A stretch of DNA of 64,000 nt. It comes from an uncultured virus (IMG/VR IMGVR_UViG_3300023371_004674). Lineage: Duplodnaviria; Heunggongvirae; Uroviricota; Caudoviricetes. The stretch lies in the IMG/VR virus record IMGVR_UViG_3300023371_004674; one strand, written 5' to 3'. Each line of letters begins with the position of its first letter. Within the stretch, counting starts at the first letter, position 1. Made by a program: the position numbers and the translations under genes. The notes beneath the pieces are model-generated. The model had not been told where the DNA came from. It did not search any database and saw only the letters and a list, made by a program, of their open reading frames with translations. Below are positions 32,297-42,932 of the stretch, piece after piece.

Positions 32297-33540
32297 TTAT
32301 ACCTCCTCCGTTACAGGTACGCCATCAGGCTCGATGGTAGGCAGAGCCCACAGACAGAGGGTTACTCTATCCATATTGAAGGGGACGGGAGTGGTCTTCT
32401 CTTCGTCCTCATAGGCTCTTGCGGGAATGATGATGTTCGCAACGAAATACTTGGAAAGACCGGCGATAAGGATCATATCGTCATCAGTGCAGATGTCGAT
32501 TGTTACCTCCTCGTCTCTCTCGTACTTTTTGAGGTTGAGCATAAGCTCATCGTCCCCAAAATATAGGCGAGTGCCTTCCTCTGCGTATGCGACCTTTACG
32601 CCCTCATTCACTTCTTTGATAATCATAGCCGTATTCCTCCTTTATCTTTTGTTGGCGTTCTGAGCAGAATACTCAGCGGATCTGCGAGCGATAACCTCTG
32701 CCGCCTCTCTCTGCTCTTTGGTGGGTTGGCTCCCCTGTGTTCTTACCTTGTGGAAGTCACGGAGAACCCTCTCTTCGTAGCGTCTCTGCTCGTCAGATTT
32801 GATGATTACGTTTGCCATTACAGAATACCTCCCATAACGATGAACGTAACCGTTCCCGAACCGTCAGCCGTAGCTTTGAAGCCGTTCGCCTGCTTCGAGC
32901 TGATTACGATGTTGCCGGGAGCTCCGCTCGTAATCATAGCTTGAACCACATAGTCTGTGGCGTTTCTGGTCTTGGCAGCGGGAATCGGGATAAGATCGGT
33001 AAGCGAATCAGCGGTCAATTCAATACCTGTGATAATCACGGGCTCTGCGTGAGCCGCTTCTCTCGCATTGAGCCTGTTCATAATGGCATTGATGTCCTGC
33101 TCGATACCAGCCTCGAATACGCCCAACTCGATTTTGTTGAAGTTATCCTGCGACAAGTTCGTGCCTTGCTGAATCACATTGCCACTACCGTCGGTAACGT
33201 GGTCCAGCCAAAAGGTTCTGTTGTACATATCGCTTTATACCTCCTGTATCGGAAATTCAAAAGTGGCAAGAACGCCCTGCGTAGCCGTTCTTTCCAGCGA
33301 GATCTCTTGGGAACCAGCCACGGTCCCCTCAATGTCGATAATCCGCAAGCCCCTGATGGTGTGACCGCTCGCAGGTACGTTCGGTATGTGAACCGTAAAC
33401 ATAACCTTTGTGCCGCTCACCTCACGCTTGTTGATTACAGCATCGTACCAAGTGCCGGATACCTGATACTGAAACTTTACAATGGAATCCATCCACTGCT
33501 TTCTGCGTTTTGCGAGAAAATCATTTGCGAAAAATCCCAC
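32297..33540 (-). other. Four small tail-associated genes (32297..32626, 32642..32818, 32818..33228, 33235..33540)
   Basis: GGAGG RBSs; lie between the baseplate wedge and the DGR target; W.DHV...IQQGT.LS..NFN.IE.G is a tail-fibre N-terminal-like motif. Confidence 0.65.
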
Positions 33541-33553
33541 AATCGTTTACCTC

Positions 33554-34708
33554 CTAAAAATATTTACCACACTTGATCTTACCAGAAACCGTGTAGTCGG
33601 TCTTGATGACCGTCGTGGTTTCGGCAGACGTTATGCTGGAACTGGATTGCGTTCCCGAAGATGCTTTGGACGGAGCGGTTCCTGCGATAACGCCAGAACC
33701 AACCGCATCGTACTCACTTCCTTCGAGTTCGATTTCGGACGATGCCTCAATTTCATTTGCATAAGATGTTCCTACCGATGCCTTATCGGGAATCGTACCC
33801 GTTGCCTCGTAGTCGTTTGCGTTCAGCTCGGTATCTGCCGAAGCATCAACCTCTGCGGAAGCAGAAACGCCAAGCGAAGCGATTTCAGGCGTAACTCCCA
33901 TCACCGTGTCATCTCCCATAAATCCATACTGGTTTTCGTCGAGTGCAATTTCGGACGATGCCTCAACTGCTTTCTCGTTCGTCATTCCAATCGTGGCGGT
34001 TTCGGGGTATGTTCCGGCGAGGTCGTATTCGTGGGTATGCTCGCTATGAGCGTCAGAAACAATAACGCCGTTTTCGTGGCTGGAACCGAGAGTTGCAACG
34101 GTCGGATAAACGCCGCAAACAACCGCCCCACACATAGGCTGTTCATAGCCGTATAGCGTGAGGAGCTTTCCTACCTGAATGACATATTTCAGTCGGTAGC
34201 GATACAAAAAGCCGACACCGGCAGGGTGAACCGACGGGACATACGAGATGTCCGCAGGTCCGCCTTCAGGTGTCAACAGTGATGCGGTTACGATAATCGT
34301 TGCGGGGTAAAGCTCATCCTCTTCGTATTGGATCTCATCAACACCCCACACCGTCTGCAACTGCTGGATCAGGTCGTAATAGGTGCAGTTGTTCGAATTC
34401 TTATACGCCTTGTATTTGAGATATTGGCGGTAACGTCTATCCTCCAAGATCGGGAAGAAGATCTCGTCACCGCACAACAAGCCCGCCTCAGCCCTCGTAA
34501 GTCCTACGATGTCGCCTATAAGGTCGAGCTGCTTTCCCTCAGCGTGGTCGAGCGAAAGGTCTGTCTGGAGCTGTTGAAAAACTCCAAGCAACTCACCCAA
34601 CTGCTTGTCGAATGCTCTCGTAAGACCGAGGATCAGTTTCTTTTCCTTAAACTGCTCAGGAAAATCATTTATCAAGGGAAATTCCTTGACGAGAGTTTCA
34701 ATGCTCAA
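33554..34708 (-). CDS. Baseplate wedge protein (DUF2612-like) with repetitive C-terminus
   Basis: AEGKQLDLIGDIVGL.R motif; follows baseplate J. Confidence 0.75.
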   Translation of the reverse strand: MSIETLVKEFPLINDFPEQFKEKKLILGLTRAFDKQLGELLGVFQQLQTDLSLDHAEGKQLDLIGDIVGLTRAEAGLLCGDEIFFPILEDRRYRQYLKYKAYKNSNNCTYYDLIQQLQTVWGVDEIQYEEDELYPATIIVTASLLTPEGGPADISYVPSVHPAGVGFLYRYRLKYVIQVGKLLTLYGYEQPMCGAVVCGVYPTVATLGSSHENGVIVSDAHSEHTHEYDLAGTYPETATIGMTNEKAVEASSEIALDENQYGFMGDDTVMGVTPEIASLGVSASAEVDASADTELNANDYEATGTIPDKASVGTSYANEIEASSEIELEGSEYDAVGSGVIAGTAPSKASSGTQSSSSITSAETTTVIKTDYTVSGKIKCGKYF

Positions 34709-36167
34709 TCAGCGTCACCTCGATTCTGTCCGTGTCTATAACGGCTTTCTGCCGAGATGTAACGAACACGTTCCTCTCGGTATAGTCGCCCTCGGTCGGA
34801 ACGGAATCGCTTTCGGTTGTGCTGAATGCGGATATGTCTATATAGGCAATACCCGAACACTTTGCCTTGATACCTTCGTAGAAATCCTGCGTGAGAACAG
34901 CACTTCCAGCCTTCAGGTCTGTGGATTTCTCCACGATAGCCTGCTTGATGAGGTCTGTGTAGTTCGGGGGCATAGGCTGTGACGGGTTCTTCGTTACATT
35001 TACCTTCAACCATACATAGACAGGCTGAGGTCTGTTGAAGCGAACCACCACAACGCCACCAAACAAATCGGGAACATCTACTTCTACGCTTCCGTAGGTT
35101 GCGATGCCCGCAGCCTTATTCTTCAGGATCTGTGCGGCAATATCGACGTCCGAACCGCCATCAACGACAATTTCTATCGAGTGGGGCGGTCTGCCTTCCG
35201 CATCCGTTTCTGACGAATCGTTTTCGTATCCCGAAGCACTGCTTACGTTTTCCACGTTTTCAAGGATACCTGCAACAACGCTCTCCAGCATCATAGTCGA
35301 GCGGGAGGCGATTTTCTGCAAGTAAGACTGGCGGAATTCGATGTCGGTTTCCCGAAGTCGTCCGTATGTGGGGGAAGAAAGGTTCGAGCAAGACTCGAAG
35401 CCGACAATCGTTGTAACGATCTCGGTAATGGAGCCTGCCGGAAGGACGATTTTTCCGAACTCCTCACTGTGGAATGTAAACAGGCAGGAAACGGTCTCGG
35501 TTGTCAGGTTTTCCGAAAGCGAAAGATGGTTTGTCTTTCTATCGCTCTTGCACGTGATCTTCAATACAGAATCCTCTGCAACTGCCTCGAAATCGTCTCC
35601 AACCGTAGCGGTTATCTGTTCTTGGAGTCCGAGCAAGATTTCGGATGCTGTGGCACTTACGCCAGAGCGATAAACACAGGCATCGCCGTTTATCGTTACG
35701 GTATATACTGTGTCATCTGATGCCGAAACCACGGAAACAGATGCTTTGTTGAAGGCTTCTCTTGTCAATTCGAAGTCCTGCATTGCTTTGAAGAAAATCT
35801 GGGGTGTCGTGTTCGATGCGATACGTGTACCGTCACCGATGAGCGTCCCATCTTTGCCTGTGCAAAGAACCGTGTAGGCTGTTTGCTGATCTCTTTCTCT
35901 CGTTAAGCCGCCGAACTGTGCGGCGAAGTCGAGGTTTACTCCTTCTGCGGTGGAAGGATAGTGTGCGAAGTACGTTTGCTCCGCCACCTCCCAGAGCTGT
36001 GCGAGTCTATCAGCGAAATTCGTGGTAAGAACATTCAAGAAGGATTGAGGATTGAGTGCTACATCGAATCCGAATTCTTCGGTAAGGTCTTGCTGAAGCT
36101 CGGCTAAGATCTCATCAAGCCTTTTCTTCACAAAACCGTTCGGTGTTACACCTCTTTGGTTATACAT
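34698..36167 (-). CDS. Baseplate J/gp47-like protein
   Basis: AEGVNLD, GR.RETD.EFR, PPHSIE.VV.GG and KAAGI.TYG motifs. Confidence 0.9.
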   Translation of the reverse strand: MYNQRGVTPNGFVKKRLDEILAELQQDLTEEFGFDVALNPQSFLNVLTTNFADRLAQLWEVAEQTYFAHYPSTAEGVNLDFAAQFGGLTRERDQQTAYTVLCTGKDGTLIGDGTRIASNTTPQIFFKAMQDFELTREAFNKASVSVVSASDDTVYTVTINGDACVYRSGVSATASEILLGLQEQITATVGDDFEAVAEDSVLKITCKSDRKTNHLSLSENLTTETVSCLFTFHSEEFGKIVLPAGSITEIVTTIVGFESCSNLSSPTYGRLRETDIEFRQSYLQKIASRSTMMLESVVAGILENVENVSSASGYENDSSETDAEGRPPHSIEIVVDGGSDVDIAAQILKNKAAGIATYGSVEVDVPDLFGGVVVVRFNRPQPVYVWLKVNVTKNPSQPMPPNYTDLIKQAIVEKSTDLKAGSAVLTQDFYEGIKAKCSGIAYIDISAFSTTESDSVPTEGDYTERNVFVTSRQKAVIDTDRIEVTLIEH

Positions 36168-36513
36168 CGAGTGTCAACCTCCCTTCTATTGAACTTTGTC
36201 CTGCGTGAACCTTGTACGAAACGCTTAACTTTCTCAGGTATCGGTCAAGGGTGAGAACCAAATTCTCTACGTCCGTGACTTCCTCCACGTCGAGTATCGC
36301 ATCTCGCATCAGGTCTTCGAGCAGAACCAAACTCGGATTCTTCACAAAGGCTTCCTCGTAATACGGGATGCCAAGTTCAGGTCCGAGCTTCCATTCGTTT
36401 TGAAACCACCGCAGTCGGATTGCGATTGCTTGCTTCACGCTGTCGGTGAACTGAATATCTCCCGTTTCCGAGAGCTTCAGGTCGCCTTTGTCGTCGAGCA
36501 AAATATCTTTCAT
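36160..36513 (-). CDS. Baseplate wedge / sheath initiator (gp25/gp46-like)
   Basis: QAIAIRLRWFQNEW....GIPY motif and position. Confidence 0.75.
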   Translation of the reverse strand: MKDILLDDKGDLKLSETGDIQFTDSVKQAIAIRLRWFQNEWKLGPELGIPYYEEAFVKNPSLVLLEDLMRDAILDVEEVTDVENLVLTLDRYLRKLSVSYKVHAGQSSIEGRLTLDV

Positions 36514-36531
36514 CGCCTATCCTCCTTTCGG

Positions 36532-37086
36532 TCAACTGTTAAATGGATTGAGTAGCAACTGGTGCTCGCTCACAGATCCAGACACCTTGACGTCGCCTCG
36601 AATCTTCACGTCACCGTCGATGCCAATGTGCTTTTCCGAGATAACCATTTTCAAGTTCTTGTTGGTTACAATGATGCAATCATCCTCGATTGCGTCCTTG
36701 ATTTCCTTCGGTGGCTTGCTGAATAGTCCCGGAAGAGCTACGGCGTTCGAGAGGGCGTATTTCATTTCCGAAAACTGCTCTCCCTCTCCTCTCCACATAT
36801 CAAGCGTTTGCTCGCTCACGATGAGCAGGCATCCGTCGCCTTTCTTTACGGGGAAAACGACAGAAACATCCCGCCCTGCTCCTTGCTGGAACATAACGGG
36901 AACATCTGTGATTTGCGGATAGTCGATGACCTTTCCGTTTGTGAGCACCATTTTTGCCAACGGCAGAACCGTTGCGGTACAATCTTTGGGATCGAATTCC
37001 ACAATCTCTGCCGGTAATGCTGTGTGGACTTCGTTAAGCATAGACGTTACGGTATCCGTAATCGCCTTTACGAGATCTTGCATCAT
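36532..37086 (-). CDS. Baseplate spike (Gp138-like)
   Basis: HTALPA.IV, DVPV.F and FPVKKGDGCL motifs; C-terminal beta-repeat. Confidence 0.8.
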   Translation of the reverse strand: MMQDLVKAITDTVTSMLNEVHTALPAEIVEFDPKDCTATVLPLAKMVLTNGKVIDYPQITDVPVMFQQGAGRDVSVVFPVKKGDGCLLIVSEQTLDMWRGEGEQFSEMKYALSNAVALPGLFSKPPKEIKDAIEDDCIIVTNKNLKMVISEKHIGIDGDVKIRGDVKVSGSVSEHQLLLNPFNS

Positions 37087-37985
37087 ACGCTTCCTACCTC
37101 CACAAGCTGTGCCGTACATTGCCAATCTCCTTCAAGGTTGTCACCTTGGATTGTCAACTTATAGACACGGAATATACCCGTAACTACTTCCGATTGGAGC
37201 TTCACAAGGTCGTTGACGTTAATGGCTCCGTTCAAAAAGAACACAACCTCATAACCAAAAAGGCTATCCTGCAACGTGCTTCCGGTGTCTTCACCAGCCG
37301 CAACCGCACTGTTGTATATCTTCTTCGGGATGCCGATAAGCCCTGACGTTTTGTCGAGCACCTGTGCTATGGTGGAGATCGGCTCGTTCTTCTGCGTTAC
37401 CTGCAACGTACCATTCTGTATCGTCCAAGCGATGCTCGCAAGTCTGCAAGCTGCATCGAGAGCGTTTTTGGCGGCTCCAACATAACTGTAACCACGGGAA
37501 AAGAAACGGCGTAGAGCAACGCTCCTCGCCTTTGACGAGTATCTTACAGGAAGCCCCATCTTCTTTGCCGCATCGTCAATAACCGTCTTTACAGCCGTTT
37601 TTCCACGATAGGAAATGGAAACAAAGGTGTCTTTGGTCTCTGCGAAACCGTCAATCGCCTCTATATCCGTCATTCTGTCCGCACCATCAAGGTCGGTCTG
37701 CACGTTGCTTACCGTACCTTTGAAAATGCAAGGTCGGCTATCGCCGTATCCTGCATTCAACTCGATCTGGCAGTTGGTTCTTGCCAGCGTGTTAAGGTGT
37801 GCTTGGTTCAGGTTCCATATCTGGATCTTTGCGGTATTCAGGGTAGATGAGTCTGTCCTTTCGAGCGAAAAGTTGATATGCAGAGCTTTGTTGGTGTCCG
37901 ATGACGGTTGCCCGATTTCGAACCCAACAGAGCCCGCTACACCAGCCTTTAACCTGTACTGTCGGTCGAAGAACTTAATCGACAT
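37083..37985 (-). CDS. Baseplate hub protein
   Basis: A.IQIWNL, AGY, W.IQNG.L and SGLIG.P motifs; position. Confidence 0.75.
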   Translation of the reverse strand: MSIKFFDRQYRLKAGVAGSVGFEIGQPSSDTNKALHINFSLERTDSSTLNTAKIQIWNLNQAHLNTLARTNCQIELNAGYGDSRPCIFKGTVSNVQTDLDGADRMTDIEAIDGFAETKDTFVSISYRGKTAVKTVIDDAAKKMGLPVRYSSKARSVALRRFFSRGYSYVGAAKNALDAACRLASIAWTIQNGTLQVTQKNEPISTIAQVLDKTSGLIGIPKKIYNSAVAAGEDTGSTLQDSLFGYEVVFFLNGAINVNDLVKLQSEVVTGIFRVYKLTIQGDNLEGDWQCTAQLVEVGSV

Positions 37986-38313
37986 ATTCTTTCGCCTCCT
38001 CGATCAATTCTTCAGAGGGAATGAATACGAACTGAGCCTCGCCGTTCTTGAACGCATCACGCCCAACACGTTCGAGGTTCGTAAGCACTCCGAAGATCCC
38101 ATCGGGCATTTCGCTCGTATGGAAATACCGATTGAGAGGAAAGGACGGAACGATCTTTATCTCGGTGATGATCGGCGTATCCTCTGACGTGTAGATGCCA
38201 AAGGTCCAAAAATCTCCCGTTGAGTTATACGTCAAGCGGAGCAGATACTCCTTTCCCCGCAAGACAACCCTTGAAAAGCTGTCGTTCATATCGGGTAGGG
38301 ATATGATTGTCAA
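37975..38313 (-). CDS. Baseplate/tail protein
   Basis: Position and coupling; L.YN...FW motif. Confidence 0.6.
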   Translation of the reverse strand: MTIISLPDMNDSFSRVVLRGKEYLLRLTYNSTGDFWTFGIYTSEDTPIITEIKIVPSFPLNRYFHTSEMPDGIFGVLTNLERVGRDAFKNGEAQFVFIPSEELIEEAKEYVD

Positions 38314-38330
38314 TGTTCCTTCCTCCTCTC

Positions 38331-38885
38331 TTATTTCTTAAACAAGCCGAACAAAAGCGAGCAGGCTTTGGAGAGAAAGCCTTCTTTCTTCTCCTCTGTC
38401 GTGCTCGCCGTACCTCCACTTTCGCCGGTTGTGCCGCTCGCTCCATAAGAAGCAGGAATCGTGGTGGTCTTGGATTTTGTTATCTCGACCTGTTGCAATT
38501 GAAACGAAACCTCAACGGCATTCATCATCTCGGCGTTTTCGGGAATCGTCAAGCTGACAAGTGCCATATTTCGGTAAACTTTGTTACCCGATGTAAAGGT
38601 AACAGGATCTCCTGAGAAGTAGAGCTTTTCGAGTTGCTTACACACTCTGCTAACCCTATTCTGAGAATTTCCTAACTGTCTCCTCCAAGTAATCGGCGAG
38701 TTCGAGATGAACGCAGTAACGCTCAAAGAGAGCGGGCCTCGAAGAACAGCGTCACTCACTTTGTAACCGTCTTCGACGGGGTAGGTGGGAACTTCTGCTT
38801 CGTAGGCTCGATCTCTGCTGATGATTGCGTCAAATTGTACTCCTCCGAGATTGGAAGGCGTATAAACTTTTGCCACGTTCATCAC
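38331..38885 (-). CDS. Distal-tail-like / tube initiator baseplate protein
   Basis: YPVEDG..VSD motif directly after the tape measure gene. Confidence 0.7.
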   Translation of the reverse strand: MMNVAKVYTPSNLGGVQFDAIISRDRAYEAEVPTYPVEDGYKVSDAVLRGPLSLSVTAFISNSPITWRRQLGNSQNRVSRVCKQLEKLYFSGDPVTFTSGNKVYRNMALVSLTIPENAEMMNAVEVSFQLQQVEITKSKTTTIPASYGASGTTGESGGTASTTEEKKEGFLSKACSLLFGLFKK

Positions 38886-41800
38886 CTCGCATACGACAAT
38901 GCACGTGCCATTTCAGCCGTTGCATCGCTGGAAGATTTCTTCATAGCTTTCGCTCCATCCTTTTGAGCCTGAGCAGGACCTCCATTAAACTGGTTGGTGA
39001 TGTTCACGTTCTGCGTGATGGTTCGATTGCTTGAATCTTGATTAAGGGTTTGTGCTGCTTGGGCGGGCTGTCTTGCTCCTGCGAATACGCTCAAAGCATC
39101 GAGCATCGTGTTCTTCATCTTGCTGATAGGAGATACGATCTCGCCCTCGTTCTTGTTATCACCGATAACTACGGGGGTGGGCTTGTTTGCCCCGATGTAA
39201 CCACCATTTGCAAGACCGAAGAAACTGCCGAGCTTCTTCAATCCGCTGGATACGGCACTCTTGGCTTTGCTTACCGCTCCGCCTACCGCCTTTCCAACAC
39301 TACTGTTTTTGACCGAGCTAACTACGTTGCTGACGGTCGATTTTGCTTTGTCCACAACAGAGCTGACGGTGCTCTTGACGTTGCTTGCTATCTCGGATAC
39401 CTTCGCACCGACGTTCGATGCTACGCTACTGATGGCAGACTTAGCGGTTTCCACCGCCTTGCTCACGCCTTCCTTTGCTGTGCTGACCGCAGACGATACC
39501 GCCTTGCCGATTGCACTATCCTTGACAGCGGTTACTGCCTTGTTCACCGTATCGCTTACTGCATTTTTGATACCCGATACGGCATTGCCGATACCGGTCG
39601 ATACCTTTTCTGCTACACCGCTTGCAAAATCCTTGACTTTGCTTGCCGCTCCGCTCAGGGCGTCTCCAACCTTGCTCGTCATACTCTGGAAGCCACTCGA
39701 AATAGAGGTCCAAGCGTTTTGTGCTCCGCTCTTCACGCTATCCCAAGCGTTGCCAGCCCACTCGCCGATTTTCGATGCTGCACCTGAAATCGTTTCGCCG
39801 ATTTTACCGGCGATGTTTTTGGCTCCTTCCCAAATACTCTTAACTCCGTCGAGTATCTTCGAACCGATGTCCGAAAGAATATTGAGTACAGAACCGAGAG
39901 CGTTTTTCAATCCCTCTCCAAGTCCCTGCATAAGCATTGAGCCGAGTTCTGCGAATACAGTTGACGGACTGTGGATCCCGAACAACTTCTTGAAGCCGTT
40001 GACAAAAGGATCGAAGATGTTCTTCTTAATCCAACTGCCGATGTTCGAGAAGAAATCGGTGATGCCTTTTCCGAAACCGCTTACTATGTCCTTCGCTCCC
40101 TGAGCGAAATTCTTAGTCCAGTTGGAAATGGCATTCTTGAACGACGAGGTGACGTTGCTCATCCACCCCGTAACCTTTTGACCGAGACCTCCGATGCCTT
40201 TTGTCAAGTTGCCGGTCACAGAGGACGTGAAATCCTTGAACTTGCTTGCCGCTCCTTCAAGGGGACCGACTATTGCCCCTATCAATTTGTCGAACAATCC
40301 GATTATCCAAGAGAGTGCATCAATCAATGGCTGTAACAGCGTTGTGATGAACGAAATTACGCCTCCGAGCGTTCCCGAAAGAATGTCGATTATGACCGTG
40401 AGAACGTCGATGATGGGGGACAAAATCAGATTTAGGAGGCTCGAAAGCATATCCAAAAGCGGTGTCAGGATAGACAAAACGCTCTCGATTATGCCGAGCA
40501 CAGGGGCTAACAACTGATTCACCATATTAAGCACCGGAACGAGCACAGAGTTGAGCAGGTTGCAGAGCAACTTAATTATGGAGATTACAGGCTTCAGGGC
40601 GAGGTTTACGAGGTTTACTACAATGTCGATGATCGGGTTCAGGATGTCAAGGATCGGCAACACTGCATCGACTATCATCACGACGAGATCGAGTATAGGT
40701 TCAAGAACCGCTATGAGCAAGTCGAGAATTGGTACGATTATATCCAGCAAGGATACGATAATTTTCAATACCCCATTCATCAGCTTTTCGAGTATGTTGA
40801 ATAGGGACTGCATCAACTTATTGATTACGGGCATTATTTTGTCCATAATCATTTGAAGCAACGAGCATACAGGATCGAGAACCTCGACCAGTATTTCCAA
40901 CGCACCTACGAGAGCACCGCTGATTACCGTGGCAGCAAGACCGATTACCTGAGACACCACCGAGAAAACGTCCGAGAAGACGGAGCCGAGTTTTTCAACT
41001 ATGCCCGCTATCTTGTTTTTCATATCCTCGGCGGACTTTCCAATTGTGGCGAAAAATCCTCCTGCGATACTATCGTTTCCGTTGAAGAATGCTATCAGGT
41101 CTTCGAGTGCAACCATTAGGGCGGCAATAATTGCTATGATGAGTAGCACCCAAGGACACGCCTTTGCCACCATTGGAGCTATTTTGCCGATTGCGGCTCC
41201 AAGCCCCTTGAAGCCAGCAAAAGCACCTCCAGCACCCGCTCCCACCGTTCCCAGCGTTTCTGCGAGTTTCTGGAGTGCCGAATTACCCATCATAACATTG
41301 CCGACTATTTTAAGACCGGCAGTAGCACCTGCTATGCTTCCAATGGTTATCAGGATAATCTTCAGGAGATTTCCTATGCCCCCCACCTTCGACGATAGCC
41401 TTTCAACCCAAGCCGTCGCTTTCTTCACCACGTTCATAATCCCGTCGAATGCACGAGTCATAAACTTGGCTACTTTCTGGGTGATTTGGTGCGTTTCGTT
41501 AAGCTGAACCAACCAAAGACCGAATTCGTTTTTGATGTACTTCATCGCATCCGTTATGGTGAATGCGAGTTGACCGTAATCCGATTCTATGGCGGCGGAA
41601 TTGCTGTTGAATGCCGTGTATAGCTGATTTGCGGTTATAGCACCTGCGGTTCCGAGTGCCTTGACTTGCTGCTCGGTTACGCCGAGCGTTTTGGAAAGGT
41701 AGGTTATCACCTTCGGGCAGGACTTCATTATCGTCTGAAAGCTTCCTGCACTGACCTTTCCTGTTGTAAATGCGTTTTGGATCGCTCCGTTCAAGGAGCT

Positions 41801-42208
41801 GATTTCTGACTCATTTGCTCCTGCGGACTTGAATGCTTTGTTGGTAAGTTCTGCAAAAGCGGCGGTATCCTCCACCGTTTTGAACAACTTGTTGTGGGTG
41901 TTCATCAGGTCGGTTACTGTCGTAGCCATAGCAGCGTAGGTCTGCCTCGTTGCGTTTGCCGCATCTCCAACTGCACGTTGCAATTCTTCCTGATTTGCAA
42001 TGTTGTTGGTAGCATACTTGATCTGCTGATTTACCTCTTGGAACTCCTCAACAATAGCGTTCAGTTGAGTAAGAGAAACACCGACGCCGATAGCACCGAG
42101 GGCTTTCGTTGCAAAACTTTTAAGGGAGTTAATGCTTTTCTTTACACTTGCTTCGGTGCCTTTGTTGACCTCGTAGCCAAATGCAATAGCAATGTCCCTT
42201 ATTGTCAT
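38882..42208 (-). CDS. Tail tape measure protein
   Basis: 1108 aa, Ala/Gly-rich, with amphipathic repeats and an FGIHSPS motif. Confidence 0.92.
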   Translation of the reverse strand: MTIRDIAIAFGYEVNKGTEASVKKSINSLKSFATKALGAIGVGVSLTQLNAIVEEFQEVNQQIKYATNNIANQEELQRAVGDAANATRQTYAAMATTVTDLMNTHNKLFKTVEDTAAFAELTNKAFKSAGANESEISSLNGAIQNAFTTGKVSAGSFQTIMKSCPKVITYLSKTLGVTEQQVKALGTAGAITANQLYTAFNSNSAAIESDYGQLAFTITDAMKYIKNEFGLWLVQLNETHQITQKVAKFMTRAFDGIMNVVKKATAWVERLSSKVGGIGNLLKIILITIGSIAGATAGLKIVGNVMMGNSALQKLAETLGTVGAGAGGAFAGFKGLGAAIGKIAPMVAKACPWVLLIIAIIAALMVALEDLIAFFNGNDSIAGGFFATIGKSAEDMKNKIAGIVEKLGSVFSDVFSVVSQVIGLAATVISGALVGALEILVEVLDPVCSLLQMIMDKIMPVINKLMQSLFNILEKLMNGVLKIIVSLLDIIVPILDLLIAVLEPILDLVVMIVDAVLPILDILNPIIDIVVNLVNLALKPVISIIKLLCNLLNSVLVPVLNMVNQLLAPVLGIIESVLSILTPLLDMLSSLLNLILSPIIDVLTVIIDILSGTLGGVISFITTLLQPLIDALSWIIGLFDKLIGAIVGPLEGAASKFKDFTSSVTGNLTKGIGGLGQKVTGWMSNVTSSFKNAISNWTKNFAQGAKDIVSGFGKGITDFFSNIGSWIKKNIFDPFVNGFKKLFGIHSPSTVFAELGSMLMQGLGEGLKNALGSVLNILSDIGSKILDGVKSIWEGAKNIAGKIGETISGAASKIGEWAGNAWDSVKSGAQNAWTSISSGFQSMTSKVGDALSGAASKVKDFASGVAEKVSTGIGNAVSGIKNAVSDTVNKAVTAVKDSAIGKAVSSAVSTAKEGVSKAVETAKSAISSVASNVGAKVSEIASNVKSTVSSVVDKAKSTVSNVVSSVKNSSVGKAVGGAVSKAKSAVSSGLKKLGSFFGLANGGYIGANKPTPVVIGDNKNEGEIVSPISKMKNTMLDALSVFAGARQPAQAAQTLNQDSSNRTITQNVNITNQFNGGPAQAQKDGAKAMKKSSSDATAEMARALSYAR

Positions 42209-42489
42209 CGCTTACTCACCTCGCTTTTCAAGTCTTCCGCTTGAAGCCTCTCAATATCCACGTCTCTCTTGTACAAAGCATACAGTTTCAATGCCTCATC
42301 AAGCGTGTACCACGCTTCGAGTTCCATTTTCGATGCGAGCTGTGCCTTGATTAACGTGTACATTCTGAGTTCAAGTTCGGAAAAAGCGGTCAGGTCGAGG
42401 TTTCCGTATTTCTCAATCCCGCCGCTTTCGTCAAGGTCGATACTTTCTCGGTTACAGAGCCAGATAGGTTTCCGAGCTTCTTGAAAAAA
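42205..42489 (-). other. -1 programmed frameshift extension of the tail assembly chaperone
   Basis: Slippery T TTT TTC at 42489-42483; the -1 frame stays open to a TGA at 42205 overlapping the tape measure ATG. Confidence 0.7.
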
Positions 42490-42896
42490 CCGCCGTAGTT
42501 CGTCTTGATGACCTCAAAAGCGAGCATATAGATACCCATAATATCGCAACAGAAGATCTCATTCATAAGCTCCTCCGTGAGATATACGGTTTCGTCTTCG
42601 TAATCTACGGAGACGTTCTTGTTGAGAACGAGCTTTCTCAACAGGTTTTCTACCTTATCGCCAGACAAGGAATCGAAAGCCCCCGACAGTGCAGGGGCAA
42701 TCTTTTCCAAATCTGCGTCAAGCGGATCTTCTCCTTCTCCCGTGGGGAGAGCCGAAATGCCTGCAATGAGCGGAATGGCGAGCTGTGCAAGCTCACCACT
42801 CAGGTTGGCAGCCTTGAACGCTCCGAACGGGAAAATGTGAAACTGTGTACCGGAGACTGTTACATCTCTCGGCGTAAACATCTTAGACTCTTGCAT
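42390..42896 (-). CDS. Tail assembly chaperone
   Basis: Lies between tube and tape measure; NYGGFF slippery region. Confidence 0.8.
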   Translation of the reverse strand: MQESKMFTPRDVTVSGTQFHIFPFGAFKAANLSGELAQLAIPLIAGISALPTGEGEDPLDADLEKIAPALSGAFDSLSGDKVENLLRKLVLNKNVSVDYEDETVYLTEELMNEIFCCDIMGIYMLAFEVIKTNYGGFFKKLGNLSGSVTEKVSTLTKAAGLRNTETST

Positions 42897-42932
42897 CGTT
42901 TAATACCTCCTTGACGCAAATACTTTTATTTT

